This document shows, in pieces, positions 24,270 through 36,385 of a stretch of 64,000 bases of DNA. How positions within the stretch are numbered: the first letter of the stretch is position 1; every line of letters starts with the position of its first letter. Position numbers and translations under genes: made by a program. Below the pieces are notes generated by a model that was given only the letters and a program-made list of their open reading frames with translations, was not told the DNA's origin and ran no database searches. Source of the stretch: Octopus sinensis (taxonomy: Eukaryota); assembly GCF_006345805.1 (NCBI RefSeq), contig NC_043006.1:66464001-66528000 (forward strand), in the 5' to 3' direction.

Positions 24270-25648
24270 GAAAGATAGACTTTCGAATATATTTTTGCAA
24301 ATATATATTTTTTTTCGTATGTATTTATACACACTGTTGTTTAATTTATTTTCGATATCTTAAATATCTCAAATTATTTTGTCGTTATTTTATGTTTCGA
24401 TGTATAAAAATTTGTTGTTGTTGTTGACTTTGTTTCAGATGGAACTTAAGCTTGTTGCTGATGTTGTTGTTTACCATTCCGTTTCTACTTTAGCAAAAGG
24501 ACCTTTTACTCTGATCTTTTCATCAGTAATTTATTACCTGTCATTTTTGCAGGTGACTTTCCGTGACCTTTAGCTTACAGTTCAGTTGATCTTTAACTTT
24601 CCGTTTGTCTACAACCACTACTCGTCAGCAATCTGTGTTGAATATCACTTTTTTTATTGCAGCAGCTGGTTATTACTATAACTGATTGTAAATAGGTGAA
24701 TAAAAAGACAAAAACAAACAAAAGAAAAATGAAAATAATGTCGAAACAGGAAATGAATATAAGGATTATTACTGAGAACAATACATCAGAATTACTATCC
24801 AAAATGGCCGTTCATCGATAGAATGACGTAAAAAGCTGTCATTTGACAATCTCCTCATTAGATACACTACTAAAACCGCTGGGGAGAGACGTGATAAGCT
24901 TTCCAGCTGCAGTTCTTGCCTCTGACTTAGGTAAACAACAACAGTTGACTGCGATATGTCAGGTACTCGTTGCTAAGAGATCCTGCGACGTTTCAGGTAA
25001 CAGGAAAGTGATCTAAAACGATATTGGAAGTCTAGATTCTGATATTCTAGAGAATCTGATATTCTCTCTTCAGAAACTGATATTGGCTTCTGCCATGTTT
25101 GTTCTATCATGGCTCTCCTTTGTTGTTTTAGTGTTTGCGTTCCCACGTATATTTTTGGAATCCAGTTCTAACTCTTCATTTCTATCTCGAATTGATCCCA
25201 GAGATTTCCCTAAAGTATGTACTAGGTCTATCCCTTTAGTCAACTTCTTGAAGAGAAGTTAAACTGTACAAGAACTAAATTCTAGATCTTAACCACCAGA
25301 ACAGTTTGAAGGCCATCCGTTTCGTCTGCCAGTGTTTGAGCTTCATATTTTGCTTCAGGAATTTGTTGTAAGGTATCTTCAGTGTCTGCGAGTGTATGTA
25401 TAGAGTGTAGCCCTATCCATCAACGAGGGCATCAGTAGCATCGGGTTAACGATTGGTGAATAGAAACTTAACAATCAGTGCTCCGTTCTTTAACTCGAAA
25501 GACTTCCAGATATCTGCCCAGCCAAATGAAGCGATCCCAGTTCTTGACTGACATTTTAACTTCTCCACCTCTGAAGACTGCGTGTAAATTTCAAGAGCTA
25601 CTACACCTTTATATGAGAAACAAAAACAACAAAAAAACAAATACGATA

Positions 25649-25809
25649 GGCGCAGGGGTGACTGTGGTAAGTAGCTTGCTTACGAGCCACATAATCCCGG
25701 GTCCAGTCCCACTGCGTTGCACCTTGGGCATGTGTCTTCTATTATAGCCTCGAGCCGACCAAAGCCTTGTGAATGGATTTGGTAGACGGGAACTGAAAAG
25801 AAGCCCATC

Positions 25810-25846
<37 letters not shown>

Positions 25847-26163
25847 TGCTGATATATGACCTACGTCGGACTCCTCATTTGCATAATCACGGAACCTGGA
25901 GCTTAACTATTGTCTGTCCATAACACTTACTCAGAATTACCTGGCACAGACACACACACACACACACGCACTCACAAACACATATACATACACGTACATA
26001 TATGGGTGTGTATGTCTGTGTGTTTTTGTCCGCCCACCATCGCTTGACAATCGATGCTGGTATGTTTACAAAGCATAAATCCTGCGGATCGATTTGTTCG
26101 AATAAAGGCTGTGTTCCAGCATGACCGCAGTCAAATAACTGAAACAAATAAAAAAATAAAAGA
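25649..26163 (+). mobile_element. SINE family A with about 100-bp internal insertion and 3' internal deletion
   Basis: Head intact to 25820; foreign segment 25845-25945; body resumes near 26000. Confidence 0.8.
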
Positions 26164-26460
26164 CTACAATAAAAATATGATAATAAAAAAAAATTCATGT
26201 TTCTCAGTCTGTCACTCCACTAATTTTACCAATTTTAGATCTTTCTGGGCTTTCATAATGGAGATATCATCTCGGACTTTTCTCAAAAGAATTTTCTTTA
26301 AAAACGATACAAAGAAACCTTTATAAATCATGAATGGCAGTGCGTAGTGAGTGCGTGGGCGCGCAAATATATATGCATATGTGTGTGTGTGTGTGTGTTT
26401 GTGTAAGTATGTTTATGTATATGTATATATGTATTTATCTACACACTTTGGAATTAGATT

Positions 26461-26630
26461 ACACGGTAGTAACCTGTAATTATGCCAAGCCGCTATTTTC
26501 GAGTTGGACGGGGAAAATGTTTTGTCCGATCCTCAGTGGTGGTCATTAATTGGATATAAAATTTGTCTAATCAGTTTGAATGTTTACCGGGAAACTAGTA
26601 GTTTGGCATAATTACAGGTTGCCGCCGTGT
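26461..26630. mobile_element. 170-bp MITE with 28-bp terminal inverted repeats
   Basis: acacggtagtaacctgtaattatgccaa / ttggcataattacaggttgccgccgtgt: inner 18 bp perfect, 3 transition mismatches in the outer part. Confidence 0.8.
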
Positions 26631-26729
26631 TTCAAATTTTTCACAATTGTATTTATTTTATTGTACACCGCATTATGACTAACAATTATATTTTGTTCAG
26701 ACTAACAATTATACGAGTGTGTGTATATC

Positions 26730-26956
26730 TCTTTACTCTTTACTCTTTTACTCTTTTACTTGTTTCAGTCATTTGACTGCGGCCATGCTGGATCACCGCC
26801 TTTAGTCGAGCAAATCGACCCCGGGACATATTCTTTGTAAGCACAGTACTTATTCTATCGGTATCTTTTGCCGAACCGCTAGGTGACGGGGACGTAAACA
26901 CACCAGCATCGGTTGTCAAGCAATGCTAGGGGGACAAACACAGACACACAAACACG

Positions 26957-26988
<32 letters not shown>

Positions 26989-27159
26989 CATATATACGAC
27001 AGGCTTCTTTCAGTTTCCGTATACCAAATCCACTCACAAGGCATTGGTCGGCCCGGGGCTATAGCAGAAGACAATTGCCCAAGATGCCACGCAGTGGGAC
27101 TGAACCCGGAACCATGTGGTTGGTTAGCAAGCTACTTACCACACAGCCACTCCTGCGCC
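26730..27159 (-). mobile_element. SINE family A, young full-length copy
   Basis: Near-consensus head (ggcgcaggagtggctgtgtggtaagtagc) to (ctttta)-type tail. Confidence 0.92.
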
Positions 27160-27660
27160 TATATATATATAGGGCATCTCCATCCAATTGCGGTCAAATT
27201 TGATATGTAGATACCGATGGTATCAGAGCGTGTATAAGTCTTGAAAAAAAATTACAAAAATCGATTCCAGGTGAGAATGCGATCGATAAAGCCGTGGAAA
27301 CGTGCATTTGTACGCACAAGTACATCAGCTGTTGCAATCGATATTACGTGTACGCGAGAAAAATGCACGAGGCAGTTTGCGCAAAGAAAGCCGGCTGTCT
27401 TGAAATAATGCCACAAAATGCAGTATATTTAAGAGACCAAAAATGTAAGATGAAGAAGAGATATTTTCGTCAAACTTGGCATGAAGGAAGGAAAGACTAT
27501 TTGGTTTCTCAAGAAGTTATTTTGGTCTTAACTTCGTTTAACATAACCAAAAATTTTATTGAAATAAAGGCATGCTTAATTATGTTTTAATGAAAAGAAA
27601 ACACTGATTGCCTTATTTTCAGCAGATATACTTCCATTGGACGGGGGGTGTTTTGCTCGT

Positions 27661-27742
<82 letters not shown>

Positions 27743-27777
27743 TGTGTGTGTATTTGTATATGTATATTATGTATGTA

Positions 27778-28130
27778 GGTCGATACAGCTTGGCACCAAT
27801 GACGTCGCAGCTCATTTATTAACGTGCAAGTGGCTGAGCAATCCACAGGCACGTGTACCCTTAACATAGTTCTCGGGGAGATTCAGCGTGACACAGAGTG
27901 TGACAAGACTGGCCCTTTGAAATGCAGATACAACAAAAACAGGAAGTAAGAGTGAGAGAAAGTTGTGGTGAAAGAGTACAGCAGGGTTCACCACCACCCG
28001 CTGCCGGAGCCTCGTGGAGCTTTAGGTGTTTTCGCTCAATAAACACTCACAATGTCCAGTCTGGGAATCGAAACCACGATCCTACGACCGTGAGTCCGTT
28101 GTCCTAACCACTGGGCCATTGCGCCTCCAC
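27778..28130 (-). mobile_element. D-group tRNA SINE with chimeric T2/T1 tail
   Basis: Head ggaggcgcaatggcccagtggttagg...gtttcgattccc. The tail switches from T2 to T1 sequence after gcacgttaat. Confidence 0.85.
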
Positions 28131-28294
28131 GACAAATTTAATGCAAAGCAACTAAAACGAATGTGATTCGATCTACAATAAGAGACATAATAATAAATAT
28201 AAAAGAGTAAAAAATAAAAAAAAATTAGAAATGACGTAAAACAAATGGAAAACATAAAAACGTAAACCAAATTATAATTATAAAATAAAAAAAA

Positions 28295-28679
28295 AACAAG
28301 AGCATTCAAAGAGCGCAAACCTCCGCCAAGGCAACACCAACGTCCTCTCAACGATTAGCCAGAGATTAATTTTAAAATGAGAATATCTAAAATAAACTCA
28401 ATTGCTCTCACAAATGAGAATACTAAAAGTGAACCCGACCGCTTTCAAAAATTAAGAAAAAAAAAAACGGAAATATAATCCAGAATCCTTGTCCGGTATC
28501 TGATCAATCCCAAAATCTAATCAGTTTGTGCCAGTCAGGAGGCCAAACATCTCTGAAAGTTTCATCTGAATCCATCCAGCAGTTCTCAAGATATCTTGTC
28601 CACAGACAAAACAACAAACACGACTGAAATAGTACTTCCGCCTTCGCTAAGACGGAGGTAACGAAGGCGGAGGTAATAA
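28295..28679 (+). mobile_element. Helentron-associated (HINE/DINE-1-like) non-autonomous element
   Basis: Subterminal acctccgcc (28319-27) is inverted to ggcggaggt at the far end; terminal palindrome tacttccgccttcg / cgaaggcggaggta (28633-46/28662-75); A-rich flanks. Second copy at 58659. Confidence 0.75.
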
Positions 28680-29127
28680 AACGATGTGACCTATAATATA
28701 AGACTTAATAATAAATATAAAAGTAAAGAATAAAAATAAAAATCAATTAGGCATTAGAAAAAAATAATAAGTATAAAAACGTAAGCCAAATTATAATTAT
28801 GAAAAAATATAACAACCTAATGCAGGTCATAGACTATAAAGATGAAGACAAACAACAATCAGAGATTTATGCATCAACTAAATTATAAACGATGATAAGA
28901 GGATTAAGAATGTGATACGAATATATAAGTGTCTAAAAGAATATCAGAAATTATAGAATGTATAAGGAAGATGCAGACTATGAATACTTCACATATAATA
29001 TAATATCATATTAATATCGGTATTAATATTATAGGTATATAAAAACTGAAAATATGAAAATATAAAAATATTTTAGAAAACATGCTCTGATCCGACCTTG
29101 GTGCTTCACAATTTAAGGACCCAAATG

Positions 29128-29230
29128 AGTCCGGGTTCAGTCCTACTGCGTGGCACCTTGGGCAAGTGCCTTCTACTATAGCCTTGGAGGGACCAAAGCC
29201 TTTTGAGCGAATTTGGTACACAGAAACCTA
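29128..29230 (+). mobile_element. SINE family A head fragment
   Basis: ccgggttcagtcctactgcgtggcaccttgggcaagtg...aaagcc. Confidence 0.7.
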
Positions 29231-29231
29231 G

Positions 29232-29520
29232 AAAGTTCCTCTCCCAGGCTGAAGTCTGGGCAAAGTTGTTTATGGAAGACCAGCAGTCACCCATGCATAC
29301 CAGCCTCCCCTCTCCACACCACTGATGTTATCCAAGGGAAAGGCAAAGGGGCCGATACAGCTTGGCACGTCACTCTTCATTTCTACAACTGAGTGAATTG
29401 GAGCAACGTGAAATAAAGTGTCTTGCTCAAGAACACAACACAGAGCCAGAATCAGGAATCGAACTCGCAATCCTAAAATTGTGAGACCAAAGCAGTAACC
29501 ACTGCGGCATGCACCTTCAC
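29232..29520 (-). mobile_element. C-group tRNA SINE with tail T1
   Basis: Reverse-complement match to 41838-42180. Confidence 0.82.
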
Positions 29521-29701
29521 ATTATATGCATACAAGCATGTAAATACTTGTCTGCATACGTTTAATGATGTAATGATCGAATGTACGTGTGTGTGTGTCT
29601 GTGCGTGTGCGTGTGTGTAGGTACGTGTCTGTATAACGTGTGTATAATTATGTATGTATGCTTGCATGCATGCATGTATGTATATATGTATGTAAATTTA
29701 T

Positions 29702-29740
<39 letters not shown>

Positions 29741-29745
<5 letters not shown>

Positions 29746-30805
29746 AATCAAGGAATGGCCATAATAGGCCATTCACCCACTAGAAATAACAGCCAAAGCT
29801 TCAACCGCAAAATAACATTAATTCCGCTAACCAGGAGAAAATTAAAAAAACATTTACCTGTAATTTCTTATACGATGCACCGTTTCATCTATTGTTTAAT
29901 GGTAAACTAACCTGATTAAATTAAATCAAGCCAATCTTCCATAGGCCGATAGATTCGTCAGTAAGAAACAGCCAGGTCCGAGCAGATATTATCACGAGGC
30001 AACTCTATCCCTGCCTCGGCAATATCTGACCTAAAATTTTCAAATCATCGCACTCGCGCCAAATTTATCGGCAGCAAATATAAGCTGCCGATTCCATTAC
30101 GGAATTAACCAGAAAATTCATAATTAATCAATATAGGGTGGCAAAAAAATTTCGTAGAATTTATTTGCCACCAGCGGCCTAGTGGGAAAAAATTAAATAG
30201 TCATAGACCATTTATAAGTTCAACATCACAATCAAGGAATGGCCATAATAGGCCATTCACCCACTAGAAATAACAGCCAAAGCTTCAACCGCAAAATAAC
30301 ATTAATTCCGCAAACCAGGAGAAAATTAAAAAAACATTTACCCTGTAATTTCTTATTGATTAATTATGAATTTTCTGTTTAATTCCGTAATGGAATCGGC
30401 GGCTTATATTTGCTGCCGATAAATTTGGCGCGAGTGCGATGATTTGAAAATTTTAGGTCAGATATTGCCGAGGCAGGGATAGAGGTGCCTCGTGATAATA
30501 TCTGCTCGGATCTGGCTGTTTCTTACTGACGAATCTATCGGCCTATGGAAGATTGGCTTGATTAATTTAATCAGGTTAGTTTACCATTAAACAATAGATG
30601 AAACGGTGCATCGTATAAGAAATTACAGGGTAAATGTTTTTTTAATTTTCTCCTGGTTTGCGGAATTAATGTTATTTTGCGGTTGAAGCTTTGGCTGTTA
30701 TTTCTAGTGGGTGAATGGCCTATTATGGCCATTCCTTGATTGTGATGTTGAACTTATAAATGGTCTATGACTATTTAATTTTTTCCCACTAGGCCGCTAT
30801 ATTGA

Positions 30806-30810
<5 letters not shown>
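29741..30810. repeat. 1.07-kb direct plus inverted duplication between (AT)n tracts (A-B-C-D-A-rcB-rcA-rcD)
   Basis: A 29741-871; B 29872-30134; C hairpin 30137-172; D 30173-224; A2 30225-356; rcB 30357-614; rcA 30615-746; rcD 30747-798. Confidence 0.95.
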
Positions 30811-30855
<45 letters not shown>

Positions 30856-30958
30856 CACACCTGTAAATGCATTATATGCATTCTAGCACATACGTATGGA
30901 TGCATGTATATAAGTATGTATGCATATATACATATAAGTATGTATGCATGTATGTATG

Positions 30959-31030
<72 letters not shown>

Positions 31031-31621
31031 ATATATAATATATATATATATACATGTAGACGCATTATATGCATCCAAATACGGACGTACGTATGTATAT
31101 ATGTATATACATTCGTACGTGCGTATTTCGATGTATATGTATGTATGTAAGCGTATTCGTACGTGCCTATTTGGACATATATGTATGTATGTAAGCATGC
31201 ATACATGTATGTATGTATGTAAATTTATATATATATACATGTAGACGCATTATATGCATCCAAGCGCGTACGTACGAATGTATGTATGTATGTATGTATG
31301 TATGTATGTATGTATGTATGTATGTATGTATGTATGTATGCATGCATGTACTCGTATAAGTATGTGTATGTATGTGTTTCGACTGGTGAGTGGCATATGT
31401 TGGATATAATTAAATTCTGATCACATTGTTGATTCTCTAAATAAAATAAAACCATCATTTGAAGCCACAGATCCATGGCGTGGGCCTTATAAAAGGCTAT
31501 AGTAATCCCCAATAATATCGCAAAACTTTAGCGAATGAAATTGGCTCTGCATATTTGTAAAATACTAATGGAATGAAAAATAAAAGGATTATGTTTTTAA
31601 TAAACAAACTCGTTTAGCACA

Positions 31622-31839
31622 TTATTTACATTATTTACATTCGACGGATATTTGTCCTCATCTTGTTTGTTGTTAACACAAGGTTTCGTCTCTGTACCTT
31701 CCAGCCTTCGTCGGGTGTCTTGGGGAAATTTCGAACATGGGTTCTCATTCCTAATATATTTTTCGATGTTGTTGTTGTTGGTGGTGGTGATGGTGTTGTT
31801 GTTGTTGTTGTTGTTGTTGTGTTGTTGTTGTTGTTGTTG

Positions 31840-31892
<53 letters not shown>

Positions 31893-31978
31893 GTTATTCA
31901 GGACATTGCTTGGAATTGAACTCGAAATATTTTGAGGTTAGTAGCACGCGCTTTTAAACACTACGCCATATGCCCGTG
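31622..31978 (-). mobile_element. SINE-like element: tRNA head, (AAT)n(AAC)n spacer, hammerhead-motif tail
   Basis: Minus strand: tggcgtagtgt (A-box)...gagttcaattcc (B-box), microsatellite 31768-31893, then agacacccgacgaaggctgg...gaaaccttgtgtt...gatgaggacaaatatccgtcgaatgtaaataat. Confidence 0.75.
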
Positions 31979-32120
31979 GGTTCGAAATTTCCCCGAGACC
32001 ACTGATGAAGGCTGGAGGGTATATAAGCCGAAACGTTGTGTTAACAACAAAAAAGATGAGGACAAATATCGTCACATGTAAATAATGTACATGATTCCTC
32101 ATCTCTTAAATATAGAACTG
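31979..32120 (+). mobile_element. Inverted second copy of the hammerhead-motif tail
   Basis: CTGATGA (32002-08), aggct...agcc, GAAA (32030-33), CGTT-GTGTT; reverse complement of 31625-31735. Confidence 0.75.
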
Positions 32121-32138
32121 TATTAAATTCGTTTAGCG

Positions 32139-32421
32139 TTTACTCGTTTCAATCATTAGAGCAGCCATTCTGGGACACCCCCTGGAAGAATCATCCCCTG
32201 TACATTTTTTTAAAGCTTGGTTCTTATTCTATCAGGTTGTTTTTGCCAACCCCTTAATTTACGTGGACGTAAAAATACCCACGCCGGTTGTCAACCAATA
32301 TGTGGGGGACATACCCAAACACAAAGGCACACACGCACAAGTATATATATATATATGTGTGTGTATGTGTGTGTATGTGTGTGTGTGTATGCGTGTGTGG
32401 GTGTGCGTGTGGGTGGGTGTG

Positions 32422-32452
<31 letters not shown>

Positions 32453-32595
32453 CTCTGTACATCGGACTTCTTCAACTTTCAAATCCACTCAGAAAGATTA
32501 CGTCGACCCAAAACACCTGACCAAGTTGCCGTGTAGAGTGACTGAACCCGGAACCATGTGGTTGGGAAGTAAGCTTCTTACCACACATTCACGCC
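32139..32595 (-). mobile_element. SINE family A (older copy)
   Basis: Collinear, diverged head, body and tail. Confidence 0.78.
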
Positions 32596-32673
32596 TAAAC
32601 AAATAAATATGTATGCACCCATACCCCCACGCACGCACGAACGTATATATATAATTTTAATATTTCTATTATA

Positions 32674-32721
<48 letters not shown>

Positions 32722-33341
32722 ATAATATATGTATAGACACACACCCATACTGATACACATGCATCATGGAATTTTTTCCTCTTCAGATTTTCGTTGGATT
32801 TCAGATTTCAGGCACCATACTGGTCTCATACCATAAATTAAGCATGAAGAACAGAAAACACAAGTTGTTTTTGTTGTTCTTTCGTTTTCTCCTTTAATTT
32901 TTTTTTTCGGGTAGTAAATTTAAACATGTTTTAATGGTCTGTAAACAAGATGCTATTAGTTCTGCTTTATAATTAAATTGCCTGAGGGATTAAATATGGT
33001 AGTTTCATAGCATGATGTTCTCTAATATTTTCGTTGTTACTGTTATCGATGTTGTTGTTGTTATTGTTATACTCATTATTGAATAATATTTTCATGGTAT
33101 TTGCTTCGTTGTCAGCACACTGCACATAATTTATTTTGACACACACGCATAATACACATATATATGCAGACACACATACAAGAATACCAGACTACACATG
33201 CACACACGATATAAAGGAATAGTAGCGAGATAGGGCCTCTGCTCGGCTATTCCAAAATGCTAGAAATAGTAGTGAAATCTCTCTCAATGGACAGAGTATT
33301 GTTTAAAACTAGAAATGATAAATTGGCTACACACACACACC

Positions 33342-33379
<38 letters not shown>

Positions 33380-33978
33380 CATACATATATCTCGAACAGT
33401 GAGAATGAGTACTCAACACCTCATTGGTGGATAAATATTCCAATATTCCTTAATTGTGGTTTGAAAATGCTATCAAGTGTTTCATGTAACGCGGCATCTG
33501 ATTATAATTTTCATGTGGCTGCCGTGAAAATTGGAAAGAGACTCCTGTTAATCTGAAACCATTGGTAGCCTTGTTAGCATACAAATAAAGTGGATACGAA
33601 TGTATATATGTATGTGAGTGTGCGCGTGTGTGAGAATAGGGAGTCAAGGAATCAATTTGAGCTCAGAGTAAGCACCCTCTCTGATGCGTGGCTATCGATA
33701 AAGACCGTAGATATGTTCGAAATGTAATCACAAAGGTGGAGATTACGCCTAAAAATTGACCAGGTAATAGAAGTGAAGCGAGAGAATAGATGTTTATTCC
33801 AGTAGATGACAGCTGTTTCATAATGTATGTCAGTTACATGGGCGATAAAAGATCATCTGTCACAAATATATAAATAAATATACATAGGAAAGTAGTTATA
33901 CAATAACAATACAATCACATTACATTTCAGAACATTTCGTGGCATTTACTATAAACGGCTCATAGTTTCATTATATAA

Positions 33979-34287
33979 CTGTGATCACCGTGACCAACCA
34001 GGCTATCAGATGTTGCTACACATCGCTGGTCACAATGCGCTTCGCATTGTTTTAGCCTTCTAATGATGCCACCCCGCTGGCTAAGCGAGCAGGCCAACAG
34101 AAGAAAGAGTGAGAGAAAGTTGTGGGGAAAGAGTACTGCAGAGATCGCCAGGAACCCCTGCCAGAGCCACGTGGAGCTTTAGATGTTTTCGCTAAATAAG
34201 CACTCACAACGCTCGATCTGGGAATCGAAACCGCGATCCTATGACTGCAAGTCCGATGCGCTAACCACTGGGCCATTGCACCTCCAC
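33979..34287 (-). mobile_element. D-group tRNA SINE with tail T3 and 15-bp target-site duplication
   Basis: TSD agtttcattatataa at 33964-33978 and 34288-34302; same head and body as 27778-28130. Confidence 0.92.
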
Positions 34288-34952
34288 AGTTTCATTATAT
34301 AATCACAGGAAATAGATCGTAGCGGTAGAATTCGCCCTTTACAATTACCATAGTTACCAAATGGGAATACGTTAATGGAACTTTCACTCTAGGAAAATAC
34401 GGATTCATTAAATAACAAAATATCAGAGAAAATAAGAAAGAATGTGCTTCTCACTTATGGTTTCTAACGATTTGGGTGACCATCCCGTAGTATTGAAATG
34501 AATAGACCATATTTTATTATTCTTTTACTTGTTTCAGTCATTTTGATTGTGACCAGGCTGGAGCACTGTCTTTCACTCGTAGAAACCGACCGTCGGGACA
34601 TTGCCGGCGATAAGTAACACACTGCCGGCATGTCCCGAAACCCCGTGTATCGCAAGGCTCCGAACAACCAGAATGGTGAAACACACTGACGTACTTTAAT
34701 GTACACTTGTGTTTAGCCTTAGTTTTCTTACACACACACACAGACGCGCGCGCACAGAGAAGAAAGTAGTCCGTTAGAAACCATGTTTGCAGGGGTTATC
34801 TCCCGCTTGCAATAAATATCGGGTACCAGAAGAGCACTGAATAAACCAGCAGGAGGAGATATATTCCTGGGGTTAAATAGCATTATTGTCGTCTCTTAAG
34901 GGGCAGCGACATTAAAGTGGCCATAAGCATATATATATATATATAGATATAT

Positions 34953-34995
<43 letters not shown>

Positions 34996-35152
34996 TATAT
35001 TAGAAGTTTTGGAGATGATATACAGGTATTTTATATTAGAAGAAATGAGGTACTCAGAAATTCGGATGTTTTATATTTACAGATATTTATTATATATTAC
35101 ATGTTTTTATACATCATATAATTATATTTATATATATATATATATATATATA

Positions 35153-35823
35153 TACCAATTAAGGACTGAACACGAAAAGGTGGACAGTCAACATGCTAGA
35201 TATAGACTATCCACCTTTTCGTGTTCAGTCCTTAATTGGTAATATAATATTATTAATCTTCGGATTCTTTTTAATGTGCTAGACACTGGTTTTAATTGAC
35301 TAATATCATTTTCTACCCTAATTTTAAATATGAAATATATGTTCTCAAACCGATAAATGACTGCTGCTAATTTATTAACTGCATGCTAGTTTTCGATTAT
35401 CAGCGCGCCAAAAGTAGAGGCATTCGAAAGATACATCCGAACGTAATAGGTTGTACTTTTGCATGCGGGACTCCGGTACCGTTTTTCATCTAGTACCAGC
35501 ATATTATGCTCATAACAACTACGCTGAGAAGTTACAGATATCCTTGTGATATTAATAGCTGAAACTGCAGTACGTAGGTAATTATTCCATTTAGTATTTT
35601 TCTTTTGTCTCATCCATTGCTTTAGGTCGTGCTGAATTTTATTTTTATTGAGAACAAAATCTTTGTGGAGAATGGCGATTTGACGTCTCTATCTAGCATG
35701 TTGACGTCCACCTTTTCGTGTTCAGTCCTTAATTGGTAATATAAAATATTTTATCTTCGGATTCTTTTTAAGTGCTATACCACTGGTTTTAATTGACTAA
35801 TATCAATTTCTACCCTTAATTTT

Positions 35824-35830
<7 letters not shown>
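35153..35830. repeat. (AT)n-anchored fold-back (32-bp perfect IR) plus a 122-bp direct duplication
   Basis: IR 35153-184/35210-241. 35210-35331 is repeated at 35707-35830 with several differences. Confidence 0.9.
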
Positions 35831-35867
<37 letters not shown>

Positions 35868-35969
35868 ATATATATTATACACATATATATACATACATAT
35901 ACATCACGCACACACACAGAGACCACACACACAGAGACACACACACAGACACACACACACACACACAAA

Positions 35970-36000
<31 letters not shown>

Positions 36001-36205
36001 CACCACACAACACAACACCTATAATATATAATATATATATATACGTTAGTGTGTATACACATACAGGCATACAACAATTTCAGCGATTTCTCTGTTTTTT
36101 TAACTCACAGACTCTTTTGAAAGAAATTTCTCTGATATCCAATATTCCATCCGGCGCCGTTCTACGCTTGCGTATTCTTCATCAATATTGCACATATCGC
36201 AATAA

Positions 36206-36385
36206 GGCGGCAAGCTGGCAGAATCATTAGCACACCGGACAATATGCTATGCGGTACTTCATCCGTCTTTACATCCTGATTTCCTAATTCCACCGAGGTC
36301 GACTTTACCATCTGAGCACTGAGGTCGATGTAATCGGCTTACTCCCTTCCACGAAATTGCTGGTCTTGTGTCAAAAGTTGAAACC
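36206..36385 (+). mobile_element. SINE family B with internal deletion
   Basis: ggcggcaagctggcagaatcattagcacaccggac...ccgaggtcgacttt. Confidence 0.72.

Noticed and set aside
34623-34690. gccggcatgtccc resembles the start of the HDV ribozyme
   Set aside because: No downstream P1 partner, and the spacing from the upstream gccggc is too short for P2/P3/L3.
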